From an uncultured Planctomycetota bacterium (GTDB taxonomy: Bacteria; Planctomycetota; Planctomycetia; Isosphaerales; Isosphaeraceae): DNA of 64,000 nucleotides. The notes beneath the pieces are model-generated. The model was given only the letters and a program-made list of their open reading frames with translations, did not search any database and was not told the DNA's origin. The position numbers were made by a program, and so were the translations under genes. Location of the stretch: NCBI GenBank assembly GCA_963823665.1, contig CAWGMQ010000006.1, forward strand, positions 96,001 to 160,000, read 5' to 3'. Shown one piece after another: positions 41,831 to 51,751 of this stretch (positions within the stretch are counted from its first letter, which is position 1; each line of letters begins with the position of its first letter).

Positions 41831-43482
41831 GAGGCTGTCATCTTTTGGCCGCGTTGCGGTAACTCGGCCGTTGGGCCTAGTCGGCCGTGATTCACCGCTT
41901 GGTCGCTCGGTTAGTGCCGCCGATTCACGCCAGTTCTCCAATAGCCCAGCCGTTGACGCAAACGCGCTTTCCTATTTTGTCCCTTTTTTGCAAAGTACCG
42001 CTCATTCCGCCAGTTTGCCCATCGCTGGGCGCAGTCTCCCTGCGACAACCAGGTTGTGAGCAATTGCAAACAACAATGCGACGGCGCGGCAACGCGGTTG
42101 GCCACGCACGGGCATAAACCAGAATCCTCGATTGCGAGCCTGGGCGTTGACCCACTCGGCTGTTTGGCCTCGCAGCCGGTAGATCAGCTTCGCGGCCTCG
42201 GTCCCCATTCGGATCCGCCAAGCGGCAACTGCTTCGCTGTCGCCCTTCTTTGCGGTGTAGGGATCTTCTCCATTTGCCTGTTTCTTTTTCTCGTCTCTGA
42301 TCGGCCCGTATACGATGCAGCCGCGTTGGGCCGCCTGATCGATCGAGTCCTTGGTCGTGAAGCCACCGTCAACCAATGCCTCATCCGGAATTCGTTCGTA
42401 ACGCTCCTCCAACTGGTCGAGCATGGGCGGAAGTTCTTCGCCATCGTTCCCTGCGTTGGTCACCTCCACACCCACAATCACACCGCTTTCGGTGTCTGTT
42501 GTGAATTGAACGTTATATCCCGGCCGGAATCCTCCGTCTGGAAACTTCATGATCCTCGCGTCGGGGTCGGTGGTCGAAGCACGCGCTTCCCGCCCCTTGC
42601 GGCCGTAGGACTCGTCACGTTCGCGTTGCAGCTCCTCGCACTGCCGCATCGCTTCTTCGATCCGTTGCTGTCGCTTGTTGGCGGCACGCTCCCGCGCCGC
42701 TCGCTGCCGTCGAGTCAGCTCTGCTGTGTCCTCCTCGGCCAGTTTCTTCAGCGCCTCAACCTGCTCCTTCGCCGCTTTCAGGCACTCCTCCAGGCTACCG
42801 CGACGACGAAACGAGCTCTTGCCCGCGCTGGCACGCACTCTCATTCCGTCCTGAGCGACCCGGTCCATTTTCACCAACCCGGCATGGAGCAGGGTGCCCA
42901 CGATCTGCGTGAGCAGTTCGTTCAACTTCTCGCCCCCACAAGCGAGGAAGTGGGACAACATGCTGTGGTTGACGGTTACGCCGCCGCACAGCCACTGGTA
43001 CGGCAGACTCCCTTGGTTCTTTTCGCACAGCCGTTCGATTTCACGGGCGCTGCCGACTCCCTTCAATGTGGCGAAAACCCGCAATCCGACCAGCAAGCGC
43101 GGGTCGGTGGCATCTCGGCCGACATGTCGCTCGACGGCCTTGATCTCGCCGAGCCAGGCCTTCAGATCGAGCTTGCAGACCGCCGCCCAGACGACCCGGG
43201 CCGGATGGTCGGCCTCGAGCAATTCATCGAGCGATGCCCAGCGCATCTCGATCTGGTCGCGTACGGGACACCGCAGCCGCGGCTTGCCAGTTGGCATCGA
43301 CTGGGCAGCCTGGGCGGGAGAGGGCTGATCGGGCAAGTCTTCTGGGCTAAAGAGAGGAAGTGTCATGACGCTCGTCCTGCAACACCGGGGCTGCGTGGGG
43401 CTCATGCGGCGGACTACATGCATGGTATTAGAACGTGAACACTATACAAAATCAACCCCAACGCCGAAAAAATCACAGCCTC
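41831..43482 (-). mobile_element. IS1182-family insertion sequence
   Basis: Imperfect terminal inverted repeats GAGGCTGTCATCTTTT (from 41831) and AAAAAATCACAGCCTC (to 43482); GGA duplicated on both sides. Confidence 0.85.
42002..43366 (-). CDS. IS1182-family transposase
   Basis: AQDGMRVRASAG, TTDPDARIMK..GYNVQ, LVDGGF and YRLRGQTAEWVNA motifs. Start taken at MTLPLF. Confidence 0.9.
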   Translation of the reverse strand: MTLPLFSPEDLPDQPSPAQAAQSMPTGKPRLRCPVRDQIEMRWASLDELLEADHPARVVWAAVCKLDLKAWLGEIKAVERHVGRDATDPRLLVGLRVFATLKGVGSAREIERLCEKNQGSLPYQWLCGGVTVNHSMLSHFLACGGEKLNELLTQIVGTLLHAGLVKMDRVAQDGMRVRASAGKSSFRRRGSLEECLKAAKEQVEALKKLAEEDTAELTRRQRAARERAANKRQQRIEEAMRQCEELQRERDESYGRKGREARASTTDPDARIMKFPDGGFRPGYNVQFTTDTESGVIVGVEVTNAGNDGEELPPMLDQLEERYERIPDEALVDGGFTTKDSIDQAAQRGCIVYGPIRDEKKKQANGEDPYTAKKGDSEAVAAWRIRMGTEAAKLIYRLRGQTAEWVNAQARNRGFWFMPVRGQPRCRAVALLFAIAHNLVVAGRLRPAMGKLAE

Positions 43483-43633
43483 GGAGCGAAGGGCGACACT
43501 GGCGGAGCGAGACTGGCGATACTGGCGCCTTGTGTTGGCCGACCCGGGTTCGTTGCCGGGGCACTTTGTCTGGCTCTTTGTGTTAGCGATGAAGATTCAA
43601 GCAGAAGCCTTTCTATATACTGGGAGTGATATC

Positions 43634-45122
43634 ATGATCATGCAGGCAGAAGGCGGACAAACTTCACGGAACCCGAATAGGAGCACAGGGCCCCGGTCGG
43701 CTGAGGGTAAGGACCGCGTAAAATACAACGCTGTGCGCCATGGGCTCTCGGCGCGGAATGTGCTGTTGCCGGGGGCCGACGGAGATGTACGCGTCGCGAG
43801 ACTACGATCATAAACAGCCGCGGACTTCGGCGTCGGGGGAACCTGTTGACGAGGATCGGCCGTTCCGGGTGCTCGCCCAGCTCGAAGCCACGCTGCCGGG
43901 GTGCCAGGTGCTGCTGAAGACGTGGGGCGGGCTGGGGGGCTTGCTCCGAAGGGGACGCGGCTGGCAATCGCGGGATAAGCTCAAGGCGATCCGGCTGCTG
44001 GGTTATCAGCCGCTGTATGCTCTTAGCTCGGACGAGGTTGCGGTGATCTTTCTTGCCGCGCACGTGATCGAGCCTCAGTCTCGCTATGCGTTCCAGGAGT
44101 TGCGATGCGAGATTCCTGACGACCAGTTCAAGCAGTTCAAGGCGAGGGTCGAGCGGCGAGAGTTCGAAGCGATCACGCCGCCGGATGCCACGGCGGCCCG
44201 GGCGGTGCTGCTCGAGATCGTCGACGGGGCCACGGAACGCCTGCGGAAGCTTGAAGCCAAACATCAGAGAGTGGCCGATCAGCTCGAAGCGCTGCAACCG
44301 GAGATCCTGAAGCAGGACCGGAGCAAGTTCGGCGAACAGTACTATCGGCGCTGGGGGAGCTGCGACCGGGCGCACCATCGCCATATCGATGCCATCCACA
44401 AGCTTCGCCGCAATGAGGCACAGGGGTGGGGCACTGTGCGCAGCGAACGACAACAGCGGAGAGAGGCGAGACGGCGGCAAGAAGAGAGAATGCGTGCGGC
44501 TGAAGCCGATCCACGGCTCGTTCTGGACGAGCATGGGACGGTGCGCTATGCGTTTGATTACGAGGGAGATGTGGAGGCAGGGCTGGCGCGGTATGACAAC
44601 CCAAACAAGGCCCCAGCGGACCAGACGGATGCCGCGAGCGGGGCGATTGGTGCGGATGAGCACGTCCGGGGCGTGCCGGATCTTGTGCCGTCGGAACCGA
44701 CGGCTGTTGATGGTGGGTTGCCGTTGGGCGTGGCGGCGCCGCTGGACGCAGGCGGTGTGGAGGTCGGCGTTGAGGCGGTTCAGGACGAGGGCGGGGACGT
44801 GTGTCAGTCCGCTCATGCGGCGCTGGGATTCGAGGGTGACGTACGGGTTGGGAGGGCGGATGGGGGTGATCCCGTAGTCGTTGGTGAGAAAGGAGAAGGG
44901 GCAAATGTACAAAACAAAGTCCCGCCGGTGGCGAGGACGGAGGATGGAGGGCGGAGAGCGGACGATAGGGCGCGGGAGGCAGCGATCGATGAACCCCGGA
45001 GCGTCGCATCGAGTGCGATTGGCATCCCGGGTGCCGAGTCGGATCGGACTGATCCCGTAATTGTTGCGGGGACAGGAGAAGCGCCGAATGTACAAGATGA
45101 AACACGGATCGAACACGGATAA
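43634..45122 (+). pseudogene. Hypothetical protein of the STGPRxxEGK..NAxxHG family, frameshifted or internally deleted ~43790
   Basis: N-terminus RSTGPRSAEGKDRVKYNAVRHGLSARNVLLPG in ORF 43532..43813. The body is in ORF 43740..45122, with a low-complexity repetitive tail. Confidence 0.6.
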
Positions 45123-45199
45123 TACAATACTTTTTGGCAGCTTTCCGATTGTTGGCGAACTGGGCGCGATTCATTTTCGCCTATTCCACTAGTGAAGGC

Positions 45200-45221
45200 G
45201 TCGGGTTGCACCCACCCTACG
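45200..45221 (-). repeat. GTAG-type REP-like unit
   Basis: Reverse strand reads CGTAGGGTGGGTGCAACCCGAC. Confidence 0.55.
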
Positions 45222-45430
45222 GCGCTGTCCCGACGATGGCCACCGAAGAATTTCGGTCATGTTTGGGCGGGGCTCTTTCGCTGGCGGAGAACGCCTGGCT
45301 AGAATGGTCTGAGGTTTGTCAGGGGCTGGGAGTCCCGAGCCGATTTTACGGGCTGGTGCTGGAGCATGGCGGCCGGCCTGGATCTCACCTCAATTCAATA
45401 ACGACGCACATCGACGGCAGGAGTGAATGT

Positions 45431-46459
45431 ATGGAGCGAGGCTCGAGCTTGCCGGCCAAAGAGCGGATGAGCGAAAACGATGTCCAGGCGATCGATCATC
45501 TGCGGGATGCGTATGCCAAGCTGACCAAGGAACTGGGCAAGGTGATCGTCGGGCAGAAGGACACGATTGAGCGGCTGGCGATCTGTCTGTTTGCCCGCGG
45601 GCATGGGTTGCTGATGGGGGTTCCCGGGCTCGCCAAAACCTTGATGGTCAACAAGCTTGCCGAGACGATGTCGCTCAAGTTCAGCCGGATCCAGTTCACT
45701 CCGGATTTGATGCCGATGGACATCACCGGGACGGACATCTTGCAGGAAACGGCCGGTGGCCTTCGTGAATTTCAGTTTGTTCACGGGCCTGTTTTCGCCA
45801 ATATCGTCCTGGCCGATGAGATCAACCGGGCCCCGCCGAAGACGCAGGCGGCGATGCTCGAGGCCATGCAGGAACAGAATGTCACGGTGGTTGGCAAGCC
45901 GTTTCACCTGGAGGCGCCGTTCCTGGTGCTGGCCACGCAGAATCCGATCGAGCAGGAAGGGACTTATCCGCTGCCCGAGGCGCAGCTCGACCGGTTCATG
46001 TTCCTGATCGAGCTGGATTATCCCAACGAAGAGGAGGAGATCCGGATCGCGCGCACAACCACGGGGGATGCGCTGCCGCAGCTCGAGCATTTGATGACCG
46101 GGGCCGACATCATCCGCCATCAGAGCCTGGTGCGGCGGGTGCCGGTGCCGGACCACATTTACACTTATGCCGCCAAGCTGGTGCGGAAGACGCGTCCGGG
46201 CGGGTCGACGGCACCTGGTTGGCTGAAGCCCCTGGTTTCCTGGGGGGCCGGGCCGCGCGCGGTGCAGTACCTGATCCTGGGGGCCAAGGCGCGGGCGGCT
46301 TTGCTGGGGAGCTACATGGTGCGGCTGGAGGACATTCAGGAGTCAGCCGTGCCGGTGCTCACGCATCGGATCATCACCACGTTTGCGGCGCAAGCGGAGG
46401 GGATTGATTCGAAGAAGATCGTTCGGAGGTTGATGGAGGAAACGGAGGCGGAGCAATAG
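45431..46459 (+). CDS. MoxR-family AAA+ ATPase
   Basis: GVPGLAKT, RIQFTPDLMP, LADEINRAPPKTQ and ATQNPIEQEGTYPLPEAQLDRF motifs. Confidence 0.95.
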   Translation: MERGSSLPAKERMSENDVQAIDHLRDAYAKLTKELGKVIVGQKDTIERLAICLFARGHGLLMGVPGLAKTLMVNKLAETMSLKFSRIQFTPDLMPMDITGTDILQETAGGLREFQFVHGPVFANIVLADEINRAPPKTQAAMLEAMQEQNVTVVGKPFHLEAPFLVLATQNPIEQEGTYPLPEAQLDRFMFLIELDYPNEEEEIRIARTTTGDALPQLEHLMTGADIIRHQSLVRRVPVPDHIYTYAAKLVRKTRPGGSTAPGWLKPLVSWGAGPRAVQYLILGAKARAALLGSYMVRLEDIQESAVPVLTHRIITTFAAQAEGIDSKKIVRRLMEETEAEQ

Positions 46460-47371
46460 ATGTTTCCGGAGCGCAGTTCTCGTAGTTTTCTGGATCCGGG
46501 CGTGCTGGCGCGGCTGGCGGGGTTTCCGCTTTTGCCGCGGCGGCCGATGCAGGGGAACGTCTCGGGACGGCACCCGAGCCCGCATCGCGGCTCGAGCGTC
46601 GAGTTTGCCGAGTACCGGAAATACGTGCCGGGGGACGATCTGCGGCGGCTCGACTGGCGGGCGTTCGGCCGGTCGGACCGCTTCTTCGTCAAGGAATTCG
46701 AGGCCGATACGAACCTGCGGTGCTGCCTGGTGATAGACACCAGCGGGTCGATGGGGTTTGGCACGGTAGGCGTCAGCAAGCTCGAGTACGCGCGGAGAAT
46801 CGCCGCGGCGCTCGGGCAGCTTGCCATTCTGCAGGGCGACGCCGTGGGGCTGGCCTGCGTGGCGGGGGGCATCGTTCGAAATATTCCGCCGCGGCGGAAT
46901 CCTTCGCACTTGATGGCGGTCTTCGACGTGCTCGAGGAGACGGAGCCGCAGGGGCAGACTCAGATTGTCGGGGTGCTGCACGAACTGGCGGAGAGGATCT
47001 CGCAGCGCGCGCTCGTGGTGATCATCTCGGACCTCTTCGTCGAACCGGATGAGCTGCGCTCGTGCTTCCAGCACTTGAGGTTCAGGCGGCACGATACGGC
47101 GGTGTTTCATCTGCTCGACCCGCAGGAGATCGCGTTTGACTTCCGGAGGCCGATGCGGTTTCTGGATATGGAGGGAGGCCCGTCGATCTTTGCCGAGCCC
47201 AATGAGATCGCCGAGCGGTATCAGAAGGCGATCGGCGGCTATCTGGATGGGCTTCTTCAGGTGGTGCGGGAATCGGGGGTCGACTATCACCGGGTGTCGA
47301 TCGACGAGAGCTATGAGCAGTTATTGATCCGATTCCTGGTGGGCAGGACCCGGGTGCGAGGCCGCCAATGA
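46460..47371 (+). CDS. DUF58 domain protein
   Basis: GSSVEFAEYRKYVPGDDLRRLDW, IDTSGSM and IISDL motifs. Confidence 0.95.
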   Translation: MFPERSSRSFLDPGVLARLAGFPLLPRRPMQGNVSGRHPSPHRGSSVEFAEYRKYVPGDDLRRLDWRAFGRSDRFFVKEFEADTNLRCCLVIDTSGSMGFGTVGVSKLEYARRIAAALGQLAILQGDAVGLACVAGGIVRNIPPRRNPSHLMAVFDVLEETEPQGQTQIVGVLHELAERISQRALVVIISDLFVEPDELRSCFQHLRFRRHDTAVFHLLDPQEIAFDFRRPMRFLDMEGGPSIFAEPNEIAERYQKAIGGYLDGLLQVVRESGVDYHRVSIDESYEQLLIRFLVGRTRVRGRQ

Positions 47372-49347
47372 GCTTTCTGCAACCGATACTGCTGGCGGCG
47401 CTACCGCTCGTCGCACTGCCGATCATCATTCACCTGATCAACCAGCGCCGGTTTCAGACGGTGAAGTGGGCGGCGATGATGTTTTTGCTGGCGGCCAACC
47501 GGATGTCGCGCGGGTATGCGCGGCTGCGGCAGTGGCTGATCATGGCGATGCGGATGGCGGCGATCGCGACCCTGGTCTTCGCGGTGAGCCGGCCGCTGGC
47601 CGGCGGCTGGCTGGGACTGGCGGCCGGCGGGCGAGCCGATACCACGGTGATCCTGCTCGACCGATCGCCGTCAATGCAGCAGGCGGGAACGGCCACCCGC
47701 GGGACGAAGCTGGAGACGGGGCTCAAGCAACTGGCTGCAACGCTCGAGACGCTGGGCTCGGGGCGGTGGGTCTTGATCGAGAGCACGACGAACCGGCCGC
47801 GCGATCTGGCCTCGGCGGCGGATCTGCTCTCGTCGGCGAGTACGGGGCCGGTGAGCGCCTCGGCGGACTTGCCGGCCATGCTGCTGGCGGCTCGCGACTA
47901 CATCAAGACGAACAAGGCGGGGCGGACGGAGGTGTGGATCTGCTCGGACCTGCGGGAGAATGACTGGAATGCCGCGGGGGGCCGCTGGCAAGTGCTGCGC
48001 GACGGGTTCCTCGAGATCAGCCAGAGCGTGCGGTTTCACTTGCTCGCTTATCCGGAGCTTGCACCCCTAGACCTGGCGGTGCGGGTGACGGACGTGCGGC
48101 GGCGGAAGACGCGCGACGGGGCGGAGCTCTTGCTTTCGCTCAAAGTGACGCGGCAGGAGCAGACGAACGACGTGCAGGCCGTGCCGGTGCAGATCGAGAT
48201 CGATGGGGCACGGTCGGAAGTGACCTTGCAGGTGGCGGGCGAGGCGGAGCTCAAGGACCACCGGATCCCGCTGGAGAAGGGGCACGAGCGGGGCTGGGGC
48301 CGCGTGTCGATTCCGGCGGATGCGAACCCGGCGGACAACGACTACTGGTTCGTGTTCGAGCAACCGGCGCCCAGGCGGACGATCGTGGTCGTGGAAGACC
48401 CGCAGACGGCGCGGCCGCTTTCGCTGGCCGCATCGATTTCGCCTGATCCGGCCCTGCCGTGCACGGCGGAGGTCGTGCTGCAGAGCCAGGCGGCCACGGT
48501 GGACTGGGACCAGGTATCGCTCTTGCTCTGGCAGGCCGCGCTGCCTGAATTGGAGACATCGAAACAGATTCGCGCATTCATCGACCGCGGCGGGTCGGCC
48601 GTGTTCTTTCCGCCGCGCACGCCCGGAGGAGGCGGTGATCTGTTCGGCGTGCGGTTCACTTCCTGGACGGAGGAGAAGGCGGGAATTCCCGTGGTGAGCT
48701 GGCGCGGCGACGAGGACCTGCTCTCGCACACGGCAAGCGGGGCGCCCTTGCCGGTGGGCGCGCTCGAGGTGCGGCGATACTGCGGGCTGGCGGGGGACGT
48801 CACGGCGCTTGCGACCTTGCGCGACGGGCCGCCGCTGCTGGCACGGGCGGCGACGGATCACGGCGCGGTCTACTTCTGCGCGACGACTCCGGCCCCGGCT
48901 GATTCGTCGCTGGCGGCCGGCGGCGTGGTGTTTTACGTGCTGGTGCAGCGAGCGCTGGCCTCGGGGGCGGTCGCGCTGGGAAGCACGAGGCAGCTCATCG
49001 CCGGCGACAAGGGACAGGACCAGACGGTATGGCGACGTGTCTCGGGGGCGGCGGAAGCCCTGTCGACTGACTACGCGTTTCACGCGGGGGTTTATGAGGC
49101 GGGTGCGAAATTGCTTGCGGTGAACCGGGCGCCTGCGGAGGCACTTTCGCCGGTGCTGGGCGATGCGAAGGTGACGGAGCTGTTCCGGGGTCTGGATTTC
49201 GCCCGGGTGGATGATCGCGCGGGCAATTTGAGCTCGTTGATCCAGGAGATCTGGCGGATGTTCCTGGTGACGATGATGGCCGCGATGGTGTGCGAGGCCG
49301 CGCTCTGTCTGCCCAAGATCGCGCGGGCACGGGGGGCTGCGGCATGA
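47368..49347 (+). CDS. BatA-domain/vWA membrane protein
   Basis: LPIIIHLIN..WAAMMFL BatA N-terminus, LLDRSPSM vWA motif, C-terminal TM. Confidence 0.9.
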   Translation: MSFLQPILLAALPLVALPIIIHLINQRRFQTVKWAAMMFLLAANRMSRGYARLRQWLIMAMRMAAIATLVFAVSRPLAGGWLGLAAGGRADTTVILLDRSPSMQQAGTATRGTKLETGLKQLAATLETLGSGRWVLIESTTNRPRDLASAADLLSSASTGPVSASADLPAMLLAARDYIKTNKAGRTEVWICSDLRENDWNAAGGRWQVLRDGFLEISQSVRFHLLAYPELAPLDLAVRVTDVRRRKTRDGAELLLSLKVTRQEQTNDVQAVPVQIEIDGARSEVTLQVAGEAELKDHRIPLEKGHERGWGRVSIPADANPADNDYWFVFEQPAPRRTIVVVEDPQTARPLSLAASISPDPALPCTAEVVLQSQAATVDWDQVSLLLWQAALPELETSKQIRAFIDRGGSAVFFPPRTPGGGGDLFGVRFTSWTEEKAGIPVVSWRGDEDLLSHTASGAPLPVGALEVRRYCGLAGDVTALATLRDGPPLLARAATDHGAVYFCATTPAPADSSLAAGGVVFYVLVQRALASGAVALGSTRQLIAGDKGQDQTVWRRVSGAAEALSTDYAFHAGVYEAGAKLLAVNRAPAEALSPVLGDAKVTELFRGLDFARVDDRAGNLSSLIQEIWRMFLVTMMAAMVCEAALCLPKIARARGAAA

Positions 49348-51569
49348 ACGTATCACGGTCGCTCACGTTCATGACCACGCCCTTGGTGGCGGTGATCTCG
49401 ATCATCGCGGTGCTGGCGACCTCGGTCTTCTGCGCGATTGCCTGGCGGCGGAGTGGGTACCGGAAGTCGATGGGACTGCTCGAGCTTCTGCGGCTCACGC
49501 TGGTGACGGTCGTCGCGATCCTGCTCAATCAGCCCGAGTGGATCGAGGAATTCCGGCCCGAGGAGAAACCGGCGATCGCGGTGCTGTGGGATTCCTCGGC
49601 CAGCATGGATACGCGCGATGCGATTGCCGGCGGAGGCACGGCTGCCGCCGGGGCCACCAGCGCGGCGACGGGACAACCGGTCACGCGGCGCGAGGCGATC
49701 GCCAAGCTGACTGCCGATTCGACATGGCAGAAGCTGCGGGAGCGGATGAACGTGGTGATTCAGCCGTTTGCGGAGCCGAAGCCCGGGCATGGCACGGATT
49801 TGAACGACCCGCTCAACCGGGCGCCGCAGAGGATCCAGAACCTGCGCGGGGTTGTGCTGGCTTCCGACGGCGACTGGAACGAGGGGCAGCCGCCGGTGCT
49901 GGCGGCCGCGGCGCTGCGGATGCGGGGCGTGCCCATTTTTGCGGTGCCGGTGGGAAGCCGCACGAGATTGCCGGACGTCGAGCTCTTGAGCCTGGACCTG
50001 CCGACGTTCGGCATCACGGGCAAGTCGGTGCGCGTGCCGTTCTCGATCGAGAGCTCGCTGCCGCGCGAATTCACGACCACGGTGACGATGCGTGCCTCGG
50101 ATGGCGACGAAGTGACCAAGGAAGTGAAGATCTCCGCGATGACGAGGACGAACGACTTCCTGATCTGGAAGCCGAAGAGCGCGGGCGACTTCACGGTGAC
50201 GCTGTCGGTTCCCAAGCACGGCGAGGAGCTTGTTGCCGAAAACAACAAGATGAGTGCACCGATCTCGATCCGGCAGGAGAAGCTGCGGGTGCTGGTGGTG
50301 GAATCGTATCCGCGGTGGGAGTATCGCTACCTGCGCAATGCGCTTTTGCGCGACCCGGGGGTGGAGCTTTCGTGCTTGCTATTCCATCCGGGCCTTTCGA
50401 AGCCGGGGGGTGGAAACAAGGATTACATCAAGGCGTTTCCATCCGGGCGCGACGAGCTTTCCCGGTTCGACGTGGTTTTCCTGGGGGACGTGGGGCTCGA
50501 GGACGGCCAGTTGACGAGCGAGCAGTGCCACCTTTTGCGCGGTCTGGTCGAGCACCAGGCGAGCGGTCTGGTGTTCATGCCGGGGATGCAGGGGCGGGAG
50601 CTTTCGCTGATGGAATCGGAGCTGGGGGATTTATGTCCGGTCGTGATGGACTCGACGCAGCCGAGCGGGTGGGGCTCGCGGATCGCGAACCATTTCGAGC
50701 TGACGGAGCTGGGCCGGCGCAGCCTGCTGACCAAGCTCGCGGATACGCAGGACGACAATGCCGAGGTGTGGGAGGGGCTGCCGGGCTTCCAGTGGTATGC
50801 GCCGGTGCTGCGGGCCAAGGCGGGTACCGAGATCCTGTGCGTTCACAAGGATGCGAGCAACCAGTTCGGGCGGCTGCCGCTCTTGGTGACGCGAACGTTT
50901 GGCGCGGGCAAGGTGCTGTTCATGGGGACCGACGGCGCCTGGCGGTGGCGGAAGGGCGTCGAGGACAAGTATCACTACCGGTTCTGGGGCCAGGTGGTGC
51001 GGTGGATGGCCTATCAGCGCAATATGGCCAAGGGCGAGACGATGCGGCTGTATTACGTGCCGGACCAGCCGAAGCTCAACCAGACGCTGGCCCTGCACGC
51101 CAATGTGATGGAGCAAGGCGGGGAGCCGCTCTCCGGCGGTGAGGTGACTGCGCGGATCACGGCGCCTTCGGGCAAGTCGGAGCTGGTGCGGATGGTCTCG
51201 ACGGGTGAGGAATGGGGCGAATTCACGGGCCACTTCACGGCGCTCGAAGCGGGGAGCCACAAGGTCCGGCTCTTTTGCAAGGAGACCGGGGCGACGCTTG
51301 ACGCGACGTTCTTCGTGCAGGGAACGGCCGCCGAGCAGCCGGGAAAGCCGGCGAGGCCGGAAGTGATGGAGGAGCTGGCGCGGGTGACGCAGGGGAAGGT
51401 GGTGGAGGCCTCGAAACTCGACCAGGTGGTGCGGTCGCTGGAAGAGCTGCCGGAGCCGCCGCCCTTGGTCCGCCGGGTGCCACTCTGGTGCCATCCGGTG
51501 ACGGCCGCCTCATTAATTGGGTTGCTCGGCGTCTTTTGGGTGGGACGGAAGGTGATTGGTCTTGTATAA
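49344..51569 (+). CDS. Membrane protein with vWA-like and glutamine-amidotransferase-like domains
   Basis: WDSSASM, SDGDWNEG, PRWEYRYLRN, GKVLFMGTDGAWRWR; ATGA overlap with the upstream gene. Confidence 0.85.
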   Translation: MNVSRSLTFMTTPLVAVISIIAVLATSVFCAIAWRRSGYRKSMGLLELLRLTLVTVVAILLNQPEWIEEFRPEEKPAIAVLWDSSASMDTRDAIAGGGTAAAGATSAATGQPVTRREAIAKLTADSTWQKLRERMNVVIQPFAEPKPGHGTDLNDPLNRAPQRIQNLRGVVLASDGDWNEGQPPVLAAAALRMRGVPIFAVPVGSRTRLPDVELLSLDLPTFGITGKSVRVPFSIESSLPREFTTTVTMRASDGDEVTKEVKISAMTRTNDFLIWKPKSAGDFTVTLSVPKHGEELVAENNKMSAPISIRQEKLRVLVVESYPRWEYRYLRNALLRDPGVELSCLLFHPGLSKPGGGNKDYIKAFPSGRDELSRFDVVFLGDVGLEDGQLTSEQCHLLRGLVEHQASGLVFMPGMQGRELSLMESELGDLCPVVMDSTQPSGWGSRIANHFELTELGRRSLLTKLADTQDDNAEVWEGLPGFQWYAPVLRAKAGTEILCVHKDASNQFGRLPLLVTRTFGAGKVLFMGTDGAWRWRKGVEDKYHYRFWGQVVRWMAYQRNMAKGETMRLYYVPDQPKLNQTLALHANVMEQGGEPLSGGEVTARITAPSGKSELVRMVSTGEEWGEFTGHFTALEAGSHKVRLFCKETGATLDATFFVQGTAAEQPGKPARPEVMEELARVTQGKVVEASKLDQVVRSLEELPEPPPLVRRVPLWCHPVTAASLIGLLGVFWVGRKVIGLV

Positions 51570-51617
51570 TCCTGCTTGATGTCTGGGGGGATGCGCTTTT
51601 CGTGGTGGAAAAGAAAT

Positions 51618-51680
51618 CGTCAGGCTGAAGCCTGACCTACTCTAACTGGAATTGAATCGTCAGGCTGAATCCTGACCTAC
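51618..51680 (-). repeat. Two GTAG-type REP units
   Basis: CGTCAGGCTGAAGCCTGACCTAC (51618-40) and CGTCAGGCTGAATCCTGACCTAC (51658-80). Confidence 0.85.
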
Positions 51681-51751
51681 GGCGCGGATGTGTTGTCCGT
51701 GCAATTTTTCCTGATACGCACCGGGAAGGCCGGCGCGATTGTGAGGTCGAC

